Assembly: GCA_942492505.1 (NCBI GenBank)
Contig: CALOFD010000012.1
Span: 23,514 to 87,513 of the forward strand
Reading direction: 5' to 3'
Source: Thermoanaerobaculia bacterium
GTDB lineage: Bacteria; Acidobacteriota; Thermoanaerobaculia; Multivoradales; Multivoraceae
Length of the DNA: 64,000 bases
The notes below the pieces were generated by a model. That model worked only from the letters and a program-made list of their open reading frames with translations, was not told the DNA's origin and made no database searches. Shown piece after piece: positions 1 to 9,522 of this stretch. Each line of letters opens with the position of its first letter. Within the stretch, counting starts at the first letter, position 1. A program made the translations under genes and the position numbers.

Positions 1-240
1 GGTTTCCTCGCCGGAGACGGTAGATTCCTCGTCGAACTCCTCGATCGTCGGACTCGGGGCAGGGCCACGCTCCCACTCGATCAGTCCTTCGAGAACCTCT
101 TCCATCGCTCGACGGGCCACCTTGGGGCTGTCGTGGACGAGTTTCGGGCGAGCGCCCGCCATCAACTGCTCCGCGCGCTCGGCGGCGAGCAGGATCACCC
201 GAAACTTGCTGTCGAAGTTGTCGTTCAGAATGCGGTCCAT
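1..240 (-). CDS. rpoZ: DNA-directed RNA polymerase subunit omega (3' end runs off the window)
   Basis: My own minus-strand translation from the ATG at 240 gives MDRILNDNFDSKFRVILLAAERAEQLMAGARPKLVHDSPKVARRAMEEV.... It carries the omega-like SKFRxxLLAAxRAxQL motif and lies directly downstream of gmk. It is absent from the ORF track because no stop falls inside the window. Confidence 0.75.
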   Translation of the reverse strand, partial: MDRILNDNFDSKFRVILLAAERAEQLMAGARPKLVHDSPKVARRAMEEVLEGLIEWERGPAPSPTIEEFDEESTVSGEET

Positions 241-291
241 GATCGGTCCTCTCAGAGGGTTCGGTTTGCAGAGTCGAAGAAGGCGGTGGGA

Positions 292-960
292 CTAGTGGTT
301 GGCGGCGCGATGAAAGTCGTCGAGAACGGCGGCCACTCGTTCTCGCATGCGCTTCGTCCGGTGGCGCTTGTCGAGAATGATCGACGCCAGAATCCGGCTG
401 GCGCGTTCGACGCGGTCGTTGAGAATAACATAGTCATACTCCTCGAAACGCTCGACTTCGCGCCGCGCTGCGGCCAAGCGGCGGGCGATACTCGCTTCAT
501 CGTCGAGATTGCGTTGCACCAACCGCCGGCGAAGCTCGTCGAAGCCCGGCGGCAGGACCAGAACCGCGTGGCGGTCGACGCCGGGGAGGACCCGATCTCC
601 GTGGGTCCGAATGTTCCCGGCCCCCTGGACGTCGATATCGAGAATCACATCCTGCCCCTGGCTGAGGCGTGGAAGGACTTCATCGACCGACGTACCGTAG
701 AGATTTCCGTGCACATCGGCATGCTCGATGAACCGGTCACGCGCGATCATCTCCTCGAAGGTCGTGCGATCCACGAAGTGATAGTCCCGACCGTCGACTT
801 CTCCCTCCCGCGGCGTCCGAGTGGTATGACTGACCGAGAAGGCGATACCTTCCACAGGCGGGTCCTCCTGGGCGAGCATGGCTTGGATGAGTGTCGTCTT
901 GCCGGCCCCAGAGGGAGCGGAGACGATGAACAGTTCACCTGGCGCCGCGCTACTCGACAT
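292..960 (-). CDS. gmk: guanylate kinase
   Basis: 222-aa ORF with the P-loop SAPSGAGKTT and a Gmk-like body (SHTTRTPREGEVDGRDYHF). Confidence 0.95.
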   Translation of the reverse strand: MSSSAAPGELFIVSAPSGAGKTTLIQAMLAQEDPPVEGIAFSVSHTTRTPREGEVDGRDYHFVDRTTFEEMIARDRFIEHADVHGNLYGTSVDEVLPRLSQGQDVILDIDVQGAGNIRTHGDRVLPGVDRHAVLVLPPGFDELRRRLVQRNLDDEASIARRLAAARREVERFEEYDYVILNDRVERASRILASIILDKRHRTKRMRERVAAVLDDFHRAANH

Positions 961-1843
961 TCTGGACCTGTTCTCTCATCTGCTCGCACAGGGTACGCCC
1001 ATCGAGGATCGAGCGGGCGGCCTCCGTGTCGCGGTTCTTCGCACTCAGTGTATTGAACTCGCGCTGGATCTCCTGCATCAGGAAGTCGAGTTTCTTGCCC
1101 CGAGGAGACGGTCCGGCCAGGATCTCGCGAGTCCGCGTCAGGTGGGCAACCAACCGGTCTAGTTCCTCGCACACGTCGGACCGGTCTGCGAGCAGCGCGG
1201 ATTCCTGGGCCAGCCGGATCGGATCGACAGGGATTTCGTCGAGCAGCGCCTGAAGGCGCTTCTGGAGTCCGTCGTGAATGGACGAACGAATGCCCTCCTG
1301 GAGGCCCCGGATCGCGTCCACCGTCCTCTCGAGGCCTCCTACTGAAGCATCGAGAACCTCCAGAAGCGACGCCCCTTCCCTGCGCCTGGCCTCGATCAAC
1401 TCGGCGAGCGCCTTGGAAACCAGATCGAGAACGAGCTCGTCCTCCGCGACGCTCCACGCCTCGGAGTCGTCGATCGCGGTCACGACACCGGGCAGGGCCA
1501 GGATCTCTCCTGCTGACGTCTTTCGAAGCCCCTCTTCCAACTCGCCGAGTTGCCGGGCCGCCGCGATCAATCGTCGCGCCAGGCCTTCATCGACTCGAAC
1601 ACGATCCCCGCTCGAGCCGCCCCCGACGACCTCGACGCTGATCTCGATCCTGCCCCGGTGGAACAGGGTTCTGACGCGATCCCGCAAGCCCGCTTCCAGA
1701 TCTCGCGCCGGCTCGGGAAGCCGAAGCTGAAGGTCGAGGTTGCGATGGTTGACGCTTCGAGCGCGTACGCTGATCGTCCACGAGTCCGTGGCACTGGACG
1801 CTGAGCCGAACCCGGTCATGCTCATCAACGGCGACTCGCTCAT
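950..1843 (-). CDS. YicC-family stress-induced protein
   Basis: 297-aa ORF. The N-terminus MTGFGSA...SVNHRNLDLQLRLP is typical of YicC. It overlaps the gmk start by 11 nt, consistent with an operon. Confidence 0.88.
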   Translation of the reverse strand: MSESPLMSMTGFGSASSATDSWTISVRARSVNHRNLDLQLRLPEPARDLEAGLRDRVRTLFHRGRIEISVEVVGGGSSGDRVRVDEGLARRLIAAARQLGELEEGLRKTSAGEILALPGVVTAIDDSEAWSVAEDELVLDLVSKALAELIEARRREGASLLEVLDASVGGLERTVDAIRGLQEGIRSSIHDGLQKRLQALLDEIPVDPIRLAQESALLADRSDVCEELDRLVAHLTRTREILAGPSPRGKKLDFLMQEIQREFNTLSAKNRDTEAARSILDGRTLCEQMREQVQNVE

Positions 1844-1853
1844 GGCAGCCGAC

Positions 1854-2051
1854 TCAGGGAATCGGAGCGGGAGGACCGCCAGGGAACGGATAGAGGAGCC
1901 AACCGACGATCATCGCGCCGATCATCAGACCCAGAAAGATCTGACCGAAGAGTCGTCTCTGCTCGGCCGCCTCACGCCGCCAGAGAGCGGCGAAGAAGAC
2001 ACTGATCAGCAACGCATAGATCGTCATGAGAAGGAGGTGGGACACCATCAC
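1854..2051 (-). CDS. small hydrophobic membrane protein (hypothetical)
   Basis: 65-aa ORF with two hydrophobic segments. There is a 4-nt overlap with the upstream ORF ending at 2048, and GC3-rich codons. Confidence 0.5.
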   Translation of the reverse strand: MMVSHLLLMTIYALLISVFFAALWRREAAEQRRLFGQIFLGLMIGAMIVGWLLYPFPGGPPAPIP

Positions 2052-2494
2052 TCCTTCTCCCCCCGGGCGATGTCCCAGGCGTCCAGGATCACGAGGATGT
2101 TCATGAGTCCCGCGGTCAGGATGAAGGCCTTGCCGTACTCGAACCCCGGCGCGCTCCAGTCTCCGACATAGCCGAGACCGACCGACGCCAGCCAGTAGGG
2201 AATGCCGATCGCCATGCAGGCGAGACCCGCCAGCGTGGCCAGCGGTTGACCGGGAGTCGGTCGATAGAGCTGGCCCTGGAGAAGCAGTCCGATGACGAAA
2301 CTCGCGATGATCAGGCAGAAGAAAAGGAGTCCCCGGCTTCTGCGCCCCAGGAGGGCGTGTCCCGCCCCCGGCACGAGCCAGGCTGCGATCAGGTATCGCC
2401 AGGGCATTGGACGCGGCTCAACGCCGGCAACCGGACGTTCCTTCTCGTCTCCAGCCGCTGCGGCCTTCCTGCTCTCGGATTTTGGACTCGCCAT
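2048..2494 (-). CDS. membrane protein (hypothetical)
   Basis: 148-aa ORF with a charged N-terminus followed by 3-4 hydrophobic helices (WLVPGAGHALLGRRSRGLLFF...). I could not assign a family. Confidence 0.6.
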   Translation of the reverse strand: MASPKSESRKAAAAGDEKERPVAGVEPRPMPWRYLIAAWLVPGAGHALLGRRSRGLLFFCLIIASFVIGLLLQGQLYRPTPGQPLATLAGLACMAIGIPYWLASVGLGYVGDWSAPGFEYGKAFILTAGLMNILVILDAWDIARGEKE

Positions 2495-2530
2495 CGCCGG
2501 AGGGCTTCGTACCCGTCAGGTCCGCCGACC

Positions 2531-2842
2531 TCAGCTGTCGGACTTGCGGCGGCTGTTGAGGAGCTCTCGAAGTTCCTTGCCGGGCTTGAAGTAGGGGATC
2601 TTCTTCGACGGGACTTCGACGGTTGCCCCCGTCTTGGGATTGCGGCCGATTCGCGAATCACGTCTTCGAATCCTGAAACTTCCGAAGCCGCGCAACTCGA
2701 TCTTCTCGCCGTCCTTCAGCGAGTCGACGATGCTGTCGAAAACCGTGTTGACCATGATCTCGGCATGCTTCTTGGTGAGTTGTGTATTGCGGGCCACCTG
2801 GTCCACCAACTCGGCCTTCGTCATACCGCCTCGGGTCGTCAT
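2531..2842 (-). CDS. HU/IHF-family DNA-binding protein (IHF-beta-like)
   Basis: 103-aa ORF containing MTKAELVDQVA...IELRGFGSFRIRRRDSRIGRNPKTGATVEVPSKKIPYFKPGKELR. The true start may be the internal ATG at 2824. Confidence 0.9.
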   Translation of the reverse strand: MTTRGGMTKAELVDQVARNTQLTKKHAEIMVNTVFDSIVDSLKDGEKIELRGFGSFRIRRRDSRIGRNPKTGATVEVPSKKIPYFKPGKELRELLNSRRKSDS

Positions 2843-2904
2843 CGGCTCTCTCTCCTCTCCCCCGGTCGAACTCCCGGAGAAGTCACCGGGGATGCGAGTT
2901 CGAT

Positions 2905-4842
2905 CTAGTCCTTGTCTTCCTCGTCGTCTGACTCGTCGTCATCGGACTCGTCGTCGTCTGACTCGTCGTCGTCCGACTCATCGTCATCGGACTCATCGTC
3001 GTCATCGGACTCATCGTCGTCATCGGAGTCGTCGTCGTCATCGGAGTCGTCCTCCGAAGCCTCGGCGGCCTGCGCCTCGGCAGACTCGTCGGCCGCCGCT
3101 TCCACCGCGTCCTCTGCCTCTTCCTCATCCTCGTCTTCGTCGGGAAGAGCAGCAGCGAGCGCGGCGGCCACCTTCTTCTGGTACTCGGCTTCCAGCTTCC
3201 CGGCCTCCTCGTCCGACAGTCGATCGACACCGCGCATGGTCAGTCCGACCTTGTGATCGGCCTCATCGATCCGCAGGATTCTCGCTCGCACCCATTCCCC
3301 GACCGTGTAGAAGTCTTCGAGTCGGGCACCCGGGATATCGATCTCGCTGACGTGGGCGAGTCCTTCGAGACCGTCATAGACGTCCACGAACAATCCGAAG
3401 TCGGTGATGTTCACGATCCGTCCGTCGATCGCATCGCCCACCAGATGACTGTCGATGAAGTCCTGCCACTCGTTCGGGAGGAACTCCTTGATCGAAAGGG
3501 AGACGCGCTGATTGTCGACGTCGATCGAGGTGATCCGCGCCCGGATGGGGTCGCCCTTCTGGAGGACCTCGCTGGGATGACGAATCCGCTTCGTCCAACT
3601 CATGTCGGACACATGGATCAGCCCGTCGATCTCATCGGTGATCTCGACGAAGGCGCCGAACTCAGTCAGGTTGCGCACATGGCCCTCGACGATCGTACCC
3701 ACCGGGAAGGAATCGGCGAGATCCTCCCAGGGGTTCGCTTCCGTCTGGCGCAGGGAAAGACTGATACGTCGGCTCCCCATGTCCAGTTCGCTGACGATGG
3801 CCTCGACTTCGTCGCCGACACTCAGAACCTTGCTCGGGTTGACGACCTTCTTGGTCCAGGACATCTCACTGATGTGCACCAGACCCTCGACACCCTCTTC
3901 GAGCTCGACGAAGGCGCCGTAGTCGACCAGGGAAACCACCTTGCCGCGCACGCGCGAGCCGAGCGGGAACTTCTTGTCCACCAGAGTCCAGGGATCCTCG
4001 CCGCGCTGCTTGTAGCCGAGAGAGACTCTCTCGGTCTCGCGATCGAACTTCAGGACGACGATCTCCACTTCGTCGCCGACCGCGAAGTGCTCGGAGGGGT
4101 GATTGACACGCCCCCAGGAGATGTCGGTGATGTGGAGCAGACCGTCGATGCCGCCCAGGTCGATGAACACGCCGTAGTCGGTGATGTTCTTGACCGTTCC
4201 CTGCATCTCGACGCCCTCTGCCAGCTTGTCGAGGGTCTCGGCCTTCTTCTTCTTGTATTCCTTCTCGAGGACGGCCTTGCGCGAGAGCACGATGTTGTTG
4301 CGACGACGATCGAGGCTGATGACCTTGAAGTCCAACTCCTCGCCGCGGAAGCTCTCGAGATTCTTGACCGGCTTGATGTCCACCAGCGACCCGGGCAGGA
4401 AGGCGCGAAGTCCGACGTCGACGGTGAGTCCGCCCTTGATGCGGTCGATGACCCGGCCCTGGATGATCGAACCTTCATTGAACGCCGCTTCGACGCGGTT
4501 CCAGATCACCATCCGCTCCGCTTTGCGCTTCGACAGCAGGATGCGGCCCTCGATGCTCTCGGTCTTCTCGAGCAGGACGTCGACGGTGTCTCCCACGCCG
4601 ACCTCGAGTTCGCCATCCCGATCGGTGAACTCCTGAACGGGGATCAGTCCCTCGGACTTGTACCCGATGTCGACAACGACTTCATTCGAGGTGATCGCAA
4701 TGACCTTCCCCTGCACGATCTCGCCTTCGACGAGATTGCGCATGCTCTCGTCGTAAAGCGCGACCAGTTCGTCGTATCCAAGGTTGCGACCGTCGACGTC
4801 ACCGGACAGGACGGACGACGAACTTTCTTCGGTGGACTCCAT
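2905..4842 (-). CDS. rpsA: 30S ribosomal protein S1 with an extended acidic C-terminal tail
   Basis: The ORF track gives 2905..4959. I prefer the ATG at 4842 (MESTEESSS...) because CCTCCT on the plus strand (GGAGG on the minus strand) lies about 10 nt upstream. Repeated S1 motifs are present (GxVxGxVxxxxxxGxFVDxG). Confidence 0.93.
   Translation of the reverse strand: MESTEESSSSVLSGDVDGRNLGYDELVALYDESMRNLVEGEIVQGKVIAITSNEVVVDIGYKSEGLIPVQEFTDRDGELEVGVGDTVDVLLEKTESIEGRILLSKRKAERMVIWNRVEAAFNEGSIIQGRVIDRIKGGLTVDVGLRAFLPGSLVDIKPVKNLESFRGEELDFKVISLDRRRNNIVLSRKAVLEKEYKKKKAETLDKLAEGVEMQGTVKNITDYGVFIDLGGIDGLLHITDISWGRVNHPSEHFAVGDEVEIVVLKFDRETERVSLGYKQRGEDPWTLVDKKFPLGSRVRGKVVSLVDYGAFVELEEGVEGLVHISEMSWTKKVVNPSKVLSVGDEVEAIVSELDMGSRRISLSLRQTEANPWEDLADSFPVGTIVEGHVRNLTEFGAFVEITDEIDGLIHVSDMSWTKRIRHPSEVLQKGDPIRARITSIDVDNQRVSLSIKEFLPNEWQDFIDSHLVGDAIDGRIVNITDFGLFVDVYDGLEGLAHVSEIDIPGARLEDFYTVGEWVRARILRIDEADHKVGLTMRGVDRLSDEEAGKLEAEYQKKVAAALAAALPDEDEDEEEAEDAVEAAADESAEAQAAEASEDDSDDDDDSDDDDESDDDDESDDDESDDDESDDDESDDDESDDEEDKD
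2921..3050 (-). repeat. in-frame ~15-nt-period coding repeat (SDDDE/SDDDDE units) in the rpsA tail
   Basis: The plus strand shows reiterated gactcgtcgtcgtc / gactcatcgtcgtcatcg units. They translate on the minus strand to DSDDDDDSDDDDESDDDDESDDDESDDDESDDDESDDDESDDEEDKD. Confidence 0.7.
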
Positions 4843-4996
4843 GCTTCCGAAACCTCCTGAAATTCTTGAGCCGAGGCGGTGTGAGCCATCCGGACGATCT
4901 TGGACGGCATGAGGCCTCGAAGAGCGAGCGCTCGAACCGCGAATTATACGGAGTTCCAACCCTGCGCGTCAACCATTCCCGCCGCCGGAAAACCCT

Positions 4997-6109
4997 TTAC
5001 TCACAATGACTCAGCGCTAGTTCGACGCTCTCCAGCAGCCCGCCGTGCTGCAGTTCGGAGAGCTTCTGCCGCAGCGCCTCTCCGGCTCGGGCTCCGCCGA
5101 TCTCGCCCAGCGCCCACGCCGCATGCGATGAGACATCGGGATCCTCGTCGTTCAAGGTCGCCGCGAGCACGTCGACGTACTTCTCTTCTCCGCTGTTGCC
5201 CATCGCCACGACCGCGTTTCTGCGCAGCCCTTCGAGCTTCGCCCGCTTCATCGGACTGTGCCTGAACAACTCCACGTAGTCGCCCCTCTCGAGACGCAGC
5301 AGGTCGACCAACCCCATCGAGCGGCGCTTCTCCGGAAGCTCCAACGCCGGATCCACCGCCTGGGTCAGGTCTCCGTTCCAGGGGCATACCTCCTGGCAGA
5401 TATCGCAGCCGAACACCCATTCCCCCTGGCCCGCTCGTCGCTCCGTCGGCAGTTCTCCCCGATGCTCGATGCTCCAGTAGCTGATGCAACGGTTGGCGTC
5501 GAGGACCCAGGGTTCTACCAGGGCCCCGGTCGGACAGGCCTCGAGGCAGCGAGTGCAGCTTCCGCACAGGTCAGCCATCGGAACGTCCGGCGTGAGGTCG
5601 AGACTCAGGAAGATCTCGCCGAGAAAGAAGTACGAACCCGCCTCGGGATGAAGCAGATTCGTGTTCTTGCCGATCGCGCCGAGGCCCGCCCGTTCGGCGA
5701 TCTCCCGCTCGAGAACCGGCCCCGTGTCGACGTACCAGCGGGTTCGGCTCCCCGGAAAGCCCTCCTCGATCCGGCTCGAGAGGGCCGCGAGCCGCTTCCC
5801 CATCAGTTCATGGTAGTCGTCACCGGTTGCGTAGCGAGCCACCCCCCTCCAGAGATCCCCCTCGGGGATCGACCGCGACGCATTGCCGTACTGAAGCGCC
5901 ACGCACAGTACCGATCTGGCCCAGGGGACCAGGACCGACGGGTCGAGCCGCTCCTCGACCCTCCGTCCGAGGTAGTCCATTCCGGCGGCGTGGCCGCACT
6001 CGAGCCAGGAGCGAAGGGCCTCGCCATGGGCCGAGGGACCGAGCGCTGCGATCCCGCAGCGGTCGAATCCGGCCTCGCTCGCCCAACGCTTGAGTTCCTC
6101 GACCGCCAT
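4997..6109 (-). CDS. queG: tRNA epoxyqueuosine(34) reductase
   Basis: Two ferredoxin-type cluster motifs (CGSCTRCLEACPTGA, CDICQEVCPWN) plus a C-terminal HEAT-like segment. The ORF track start at 6166 would overlap folA by 52 nt, so I prefer the internal ATG at 6109. Confidence 0.88.
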   Translation of the reverse strand: MAVEELKRWASEAGFDRCGIAALGPSAHGEALRSWLECGHAAGMDYLGRRVEERLDPSVLVPWARSVLCVALQYGNASRSIPEGDLWRGVARYATGDDYHELMGKRLAALSSRIEEGFPGSRTRWYVDTGPVLEREIAERAGLGAIGKNTNLLHPEAGSYFFLGEIFLSLDLTPDVPMADLCGSCTRCLEACPTGALVEPWVLDANRCISYWSIEHRGELPTERRAGQGEWVFGCDICQEVCPWNGDLTQAVDPALELPEKRRSMGLVDLLRLERGDYVELFRHSPMKRAKLEGLRRNAVVAMGNSGEEKYVDVLAATLNDEDPDVSSHAAWALGEIGGARAGEALRQKLSELQHGGLLESVELALSHCE

Positions 6110-6114
6110 CTGCC

Positions 6115-6621
6115 CTACGAAGCGATGGGCTCGACTCGCTCGTACTCGACGATCGAAAAAGGCCATCGATTCTCAGAATCGGCGCTGAAATCCGTCCGAT
6201 TCGACTCGCGCCAGTCGCAGACCTCGTACTTCGGAAAGTAGGTGTCGCCCTCGAAATCGGCCTCGATGTGCGTCAGGACCATGCGATCCGCAAACTGCAG
6301 GCCTGCCGCATAGACCCCGGCGCCCCCGGCGACGAATAGTTCCGTCTCACCCCCATCGCGGGCGACCTCGACCGCTTCTTCGAAGCTCCCAACCACCCGG
6401 ACTCCCTCCGGAACCCCTGGATCGCTGCGCGAGAGCACAAGGGTCTTCCTCCCGGGCAGCAGTCCCGGCAGGGACTCCCAGGTCCGACGTCCCATCACCA
6501 GGGTATGTCCGAGAGTCTTCTTCTTGAAGTGGCGCAGATCCGCGGGCAGCCGCCACGGCAGGTCGTTGTCCCGCCCGATCACTCCGTTGCGAGCGACCGC
6601 TGCGATCAGGATCACCCTCAC
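6115..6621 (-). CDS. folA: dihydrofolate reductase
   Basis: 168-aa ORF beginning [52 protein letters not shown]. There is a 4-nt overlap with thyA. Confidence 0.95.
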   Translation of the reverse strand: MRVILIAAVARNGVIGRDNDLPWRLPADLRHFKKKTLGHTLVMGRRTWESLPGLLPGRKTLVLSRSDPGVPEGVRVVGSFEEAVEVARDGGETELFVAGGAGVYAAGLQFADRMVLTHIEADFEGDTYFPKYEVCDWRESNRTDFSADSENRWPFSIVEYERVEPIAS

Positions 6622-7415
6622 ACCGCCACCGGCGCTCGAATGGCTGGATGAGGCTCGTAGCCAACGATCTCGATGTCCTCATAGCGATAGTCGAAGATCG
6701 ACTGCACGTCGGGGTTCAGGTCAAGACGTGGAAGCGGCCTGGGTTCGCGCCCGATCTGCTCCCGGGCCTGCTCGAGATGATTCGAGTACAGGTGGGCGTC
6801 TCCGAGCGTCAGGATGAAGTCGCCGCTCTTCAAGTCGCACATCCTGGCCACCATCTCCGTCAGCAGGGCGTAGGAAGCGATATTGAACGGAACTCCGAGG
6901 AAGACGTCACCGCTGCGCTGATAGAGCTGGCACGAGAGTTCACCGTCGGCGACCCAGAACTGGAACAGGGCGTGACAGGGAGGCAGTCGCATGGCATCGA
7001 CCTCGGCAACGTTCCAGGCGCTGACGATGTGACGTCGCGAGTCTGGATTGGTCCGGATCTGCTCAATCACCTGGGCGATCTGGTCGTACTTCCTGCCATC
7101 GGGTCCCGGCCAGGAGCGCCACTGGGTGCCGTACACCGGACCCAGTTCACCGTTCTCGTCCGCCCACTCATCCCAGATCGAGACGCCGTGCTCCTGCAGG
7201 TAGCGAACGTTCGAGGTGCCCTGGAGAAACCACAGGAGTTCGTGAACGATCGACTTCAGGTGCAGGCGCTTCGTCGTGACCAGCGGGAAACCCTGCCGTA
7301 GGTCGAATCGCATCTGATGACCGAACAGCGACAACGTCCCGGTCCCGGTCCGATCTCCCTTCACGGCCCCCCGGTCGAGGATTTCTCGAACGAGATCCAG
7401 ATACACCTGCATCAA
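6618..7415 (-). CDS. thyA: thymidylate synthase (ThyA type)
   Basis: 265-aa ORF. The motifs ...[12 protein letters not shown]..., [10 protein letters not shown] and DAHLYSNH are diagnostic of ThyA. Confidence 0.97.
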   Translation of the reverse strand: MMQVYLDLVREILDRGAVKGDRTGTGTLSLFGHQMRFDLRQGFPLVTTKRLHLKSIVHELLWFLQGTSNVRYLQEHGVSIWDEWADENGELGPVYGTQWRSWPGPDGRKYDQIAQVIEQIRTNPDSRRHIVSAWNVAEVDAMRLPPCHALFQFWVADGELSCQLYQRSGDVFLGVPFNIASYALLTEMVARMCDLKSGDFILTLGDAHLYSNHLEQAREQIGREPRPLPRLDLNPDVQSIFDYRYEDIEIVGYEPHPAIRAPVAV

Positions 7416-7439
7416 TCCAGTCCTTCCTTCGAATCCCGA

Positions 7440-8050
7440 TCAGGCCGCCGATCGCGCGCCTGTGGACCATCGATGAGGCCCCCAGCTCAAGCGTAGTTCG
7501 AGGACCCCCTCCGACACCGAAACGGCGAATCTCAGCGGACCCTCGCTCCCTGGGGTCGTGGCGTGGCGAAGCGGGATCTCCGCCACGTCGGCAGCCGGAT
7601 CATGGTCGGTCCCCCACACGTCCACCGATCGGTTCACCACCAGGCTCCAACCGCCCGCGGTCCGCTTGAGCCACAGCGTGTAGGCGCCGGGGAATCCACG
7701 CTTCTGGTTCTGCGCCCTCAGGATCGAGCCGCCGAAATCGAGATCCACATCCGTGGTCAACTTCGCCGCGAAGCTGTCGTTCCATGGAACGACCTGACCG
7801 GGTCTGGCCGAGGACAGGGCGCGAAAGGCTTCTCCGCCCGGCGGAAGCGGTGGAAAGCTGACCGCGATCTCCCTCCTCGGACCCGAATCCGTGAATCTCC
7901 AGGAGCGTAGCCGGCCTCCCTGCGGAGACGGTCCCGGCGCTGGGCTTCCGTCTCCGCGGCGGCGGAGTCGCCGGAGTCCTGGCCCTGCGGCAGGAGCGGC
8001 GCTGCGAGCAGCAGGAGAAGAGCGATCGCGAGACCAGCTCGGGCTCCCAT
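7440..8050 (-). pseudogene. DUF2911-like secreted protein, reading frame broken once (or an assembly indel)
   Basis: The ATG at 8050 opens a signal peptide (MGARAGLAIALLLLLAAPLLPQGQ) in one frame. The DUF2911-like body (...REIAVSFPPL...GQVVPWNDSFAAKLTTDVDLDFGG...GAYTLWLKRTAGGWSLVVN...) is open in the adjacent frame, with no ATG/GTG/TTG until 7760. The junction lies near 7915-7955. The track pieces are 7440..7760 and 7757..8215. Confidence 0.5.
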
Positions 8051-8058
8051 CCCCACCT

Positions 8059-8229
8059 TCAACGATTCACCGCCATCACCCGATGAGCCACGTAGGCGAT
8101 CAGGCCGAAGGCGGCCATCAGGCCGGCGACCGCCCAGAAATCGACCCCCTCGACCCAGGCCAACCAGGCCACGTAGGCGAAGCCGAAGACCACGCAGATC
8201 GCCATGGAGACGCATTGCGACACCCGCAT
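8059..8229 (-). CDS. small two-helix membrane protein (hypothetical, 56 aa)
   Basis: My own translation gives MRVSQCVSMAICVVFGFAYVAWLAWVEGVDFWAVAGLMAAFGLIAYVAHRVMAVNR*. It is below the ORF-track size cutoff. Codons are GC3-rich, and it sits just downstream of the acyl-CoA dehydrogenase. Confidence 0.4.
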   Translation of the reverse strand: MRVSQCVSMAICVVFGFAYVAWLAWVEGVDFWAVAGLMAAFGLIAYVAHRVMAVNR

Positions 8230-8251
8230 TGATTTCAACAGGGCGCCGGAG

Positions 8252-9400
8252 TCACTCCGGCGCCGTGCCCTCCAGCTTCGAGAGAATCCTCAACATCACT
8301 TCGTCGGCGCCCGCCCCGATCGAAGTGAGTCGCATGTCGCGGAAGGCCCTGGCCACCCTCGATTCCCACATGTATCCCTGACCGCCCCAGAACTGAAGGC
8401 AGGCATCGGGGACCTCGCGCGAGAGTCGACCGGCCTTGAGCTTCGCCATGGTCGCGAGTCGCGTCACATTCTCACCGGCGACATACAGCTCGGTCGCGCG
8501 GTAGATCAAGGACCGGAGGGCCTCGACCTCGGTTCGCAGCTCGGCCAGGCGGTAGTGGACCACCTGATTGTCGAGGACCGAACCGCCGAAGATCTTGCGC
8601 TCGCGAGTATAGGCGATGGTCTCGTCGATGACCTCGTCCATCGCGATCAGATTGCTCACCGCCAGGAAGATCCTCTCCTCCTGGAACTGCTGCATCTGGT
8701 AGATGAACCCCTCGCCTTCTTCACCGATGCGGTTCCTCTGCGGAACTCGAACCTCGTCGAGGTAGATCTGGGCGGTATCCGAAGACCACATCCCGAGCTT
8801 GTGCAGTTTCGCGGCTCGCTCGACTCCGGGTGAGTCGAGCGGAACGATGATCAGCGACTTGTTGCGATGGGGCGCTCCGTCGCCGGTGTTCGCCAGGCAG
8901 CACAGCCAGTCACCCTGAAAGCCGTTGGTGATCCACATCTTCTCTCCCGAGATGATGTAGTCGTCGCCATCCTTCCTCGCCACGGTCTTGACACTCGCCA
9001 CGTCCGAACCGGCGCCCGACTCGCTGACGCCGATGCAGCCGATCGAATCCCCGGCGATCGCGGGCGCGAGAAACTCCTCGCAGAGTTCGTCGCTGCCGTA
9101 GCGAGCCAGCGCCGGCGTGGCCATGTCGGTCTGGACCCCGATCGCCATGGGAACTCCGCCGCAGGCGATGTGACCGAGCGTCTCGCCGACGACAACGCCA
9201 TAGCTGTAGTCGAGGCCGGCACCGCCCCAGCGTTCGGGCTTGGTCACACCGAGAAAGCCGCCGTCTCCGAGGAGCTTGAAGACCTCTCGGGCCGGGAACA
9301 TCCGCGCCTCTTCCCAGTCCTCGACATGAGGGTTGATCTTCTCGTCGATCAGCTGCCTCAACGACTCGGCGATCAGACGGTGTTCTTCGGTGAACTGCAA
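8252..9400 (-). CDS. acyl-CoA dehydrogenase
   Basis: 382-aa ORF with ACAD-like sequence throughout (CIGVSESGAGSDVASVKTVA...WITNG...GGQGYMWESRVARAFRD). Confidence 0.93.
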   Translation of the reverse strand: MQFTEEHRLIAESLRQLIDEKINPHVEDWEEARMFPAREVFKLLGDGGFLGVTKPERWGGAGLDYSYGVVVGETLGHIACGGVPMAIGVQTDMATPALARYGSDELCEEFLAPAIAGDSIGCIGVSESGAGSDVASVKTVARKDGDDYIISGEKMWITNGFQGDWLCCLANTGDGAPHRNKSLIIVPLDSPGVERAAKLHKLGMWSSDTAQIYLDEVRVPQRNRIGEEGEGFIYQMQQFQEERIFLAVSNLIAMDEVIDETIAYTRERKIFGGSVLDNQVVHYRLAELRTEVEALRSLIYRATELYVAGENVTRLATMAKLKAGRLSREVPDACLQFWGGQGYMWESRVARAFRDMRLTSIGAGADEVMLRILSKLEGTAPE

Positions 9401-9522
9401 GACGATTTCTCCCGACCCGGCCTGACGGCGTGGTCAGCCCTTCGACTGCGCGATGATACTCCGTCAGCCCTGCTTCGGTCCCCATCACGCTCTCCCGACT
9501 GATAGCCTGCGCGCCGGAGTCG

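Noticed and set aside
3253-4860. 535-aa plus-strand ORF antisense to rpsA.
   Set aside because: It lies opposite an unmistakable S1 protein, and its composition is that of antisense GC3-rich coding DNA.
7425-7445. tRNA-like TTCGAATCC strings here and at ~51345.
   Set aside because: The surrounding sequence cannot be folded into acceptor, D or anticodon arms, and the strings sit in intergenic or leader DNA. I detected no tRNA genes.
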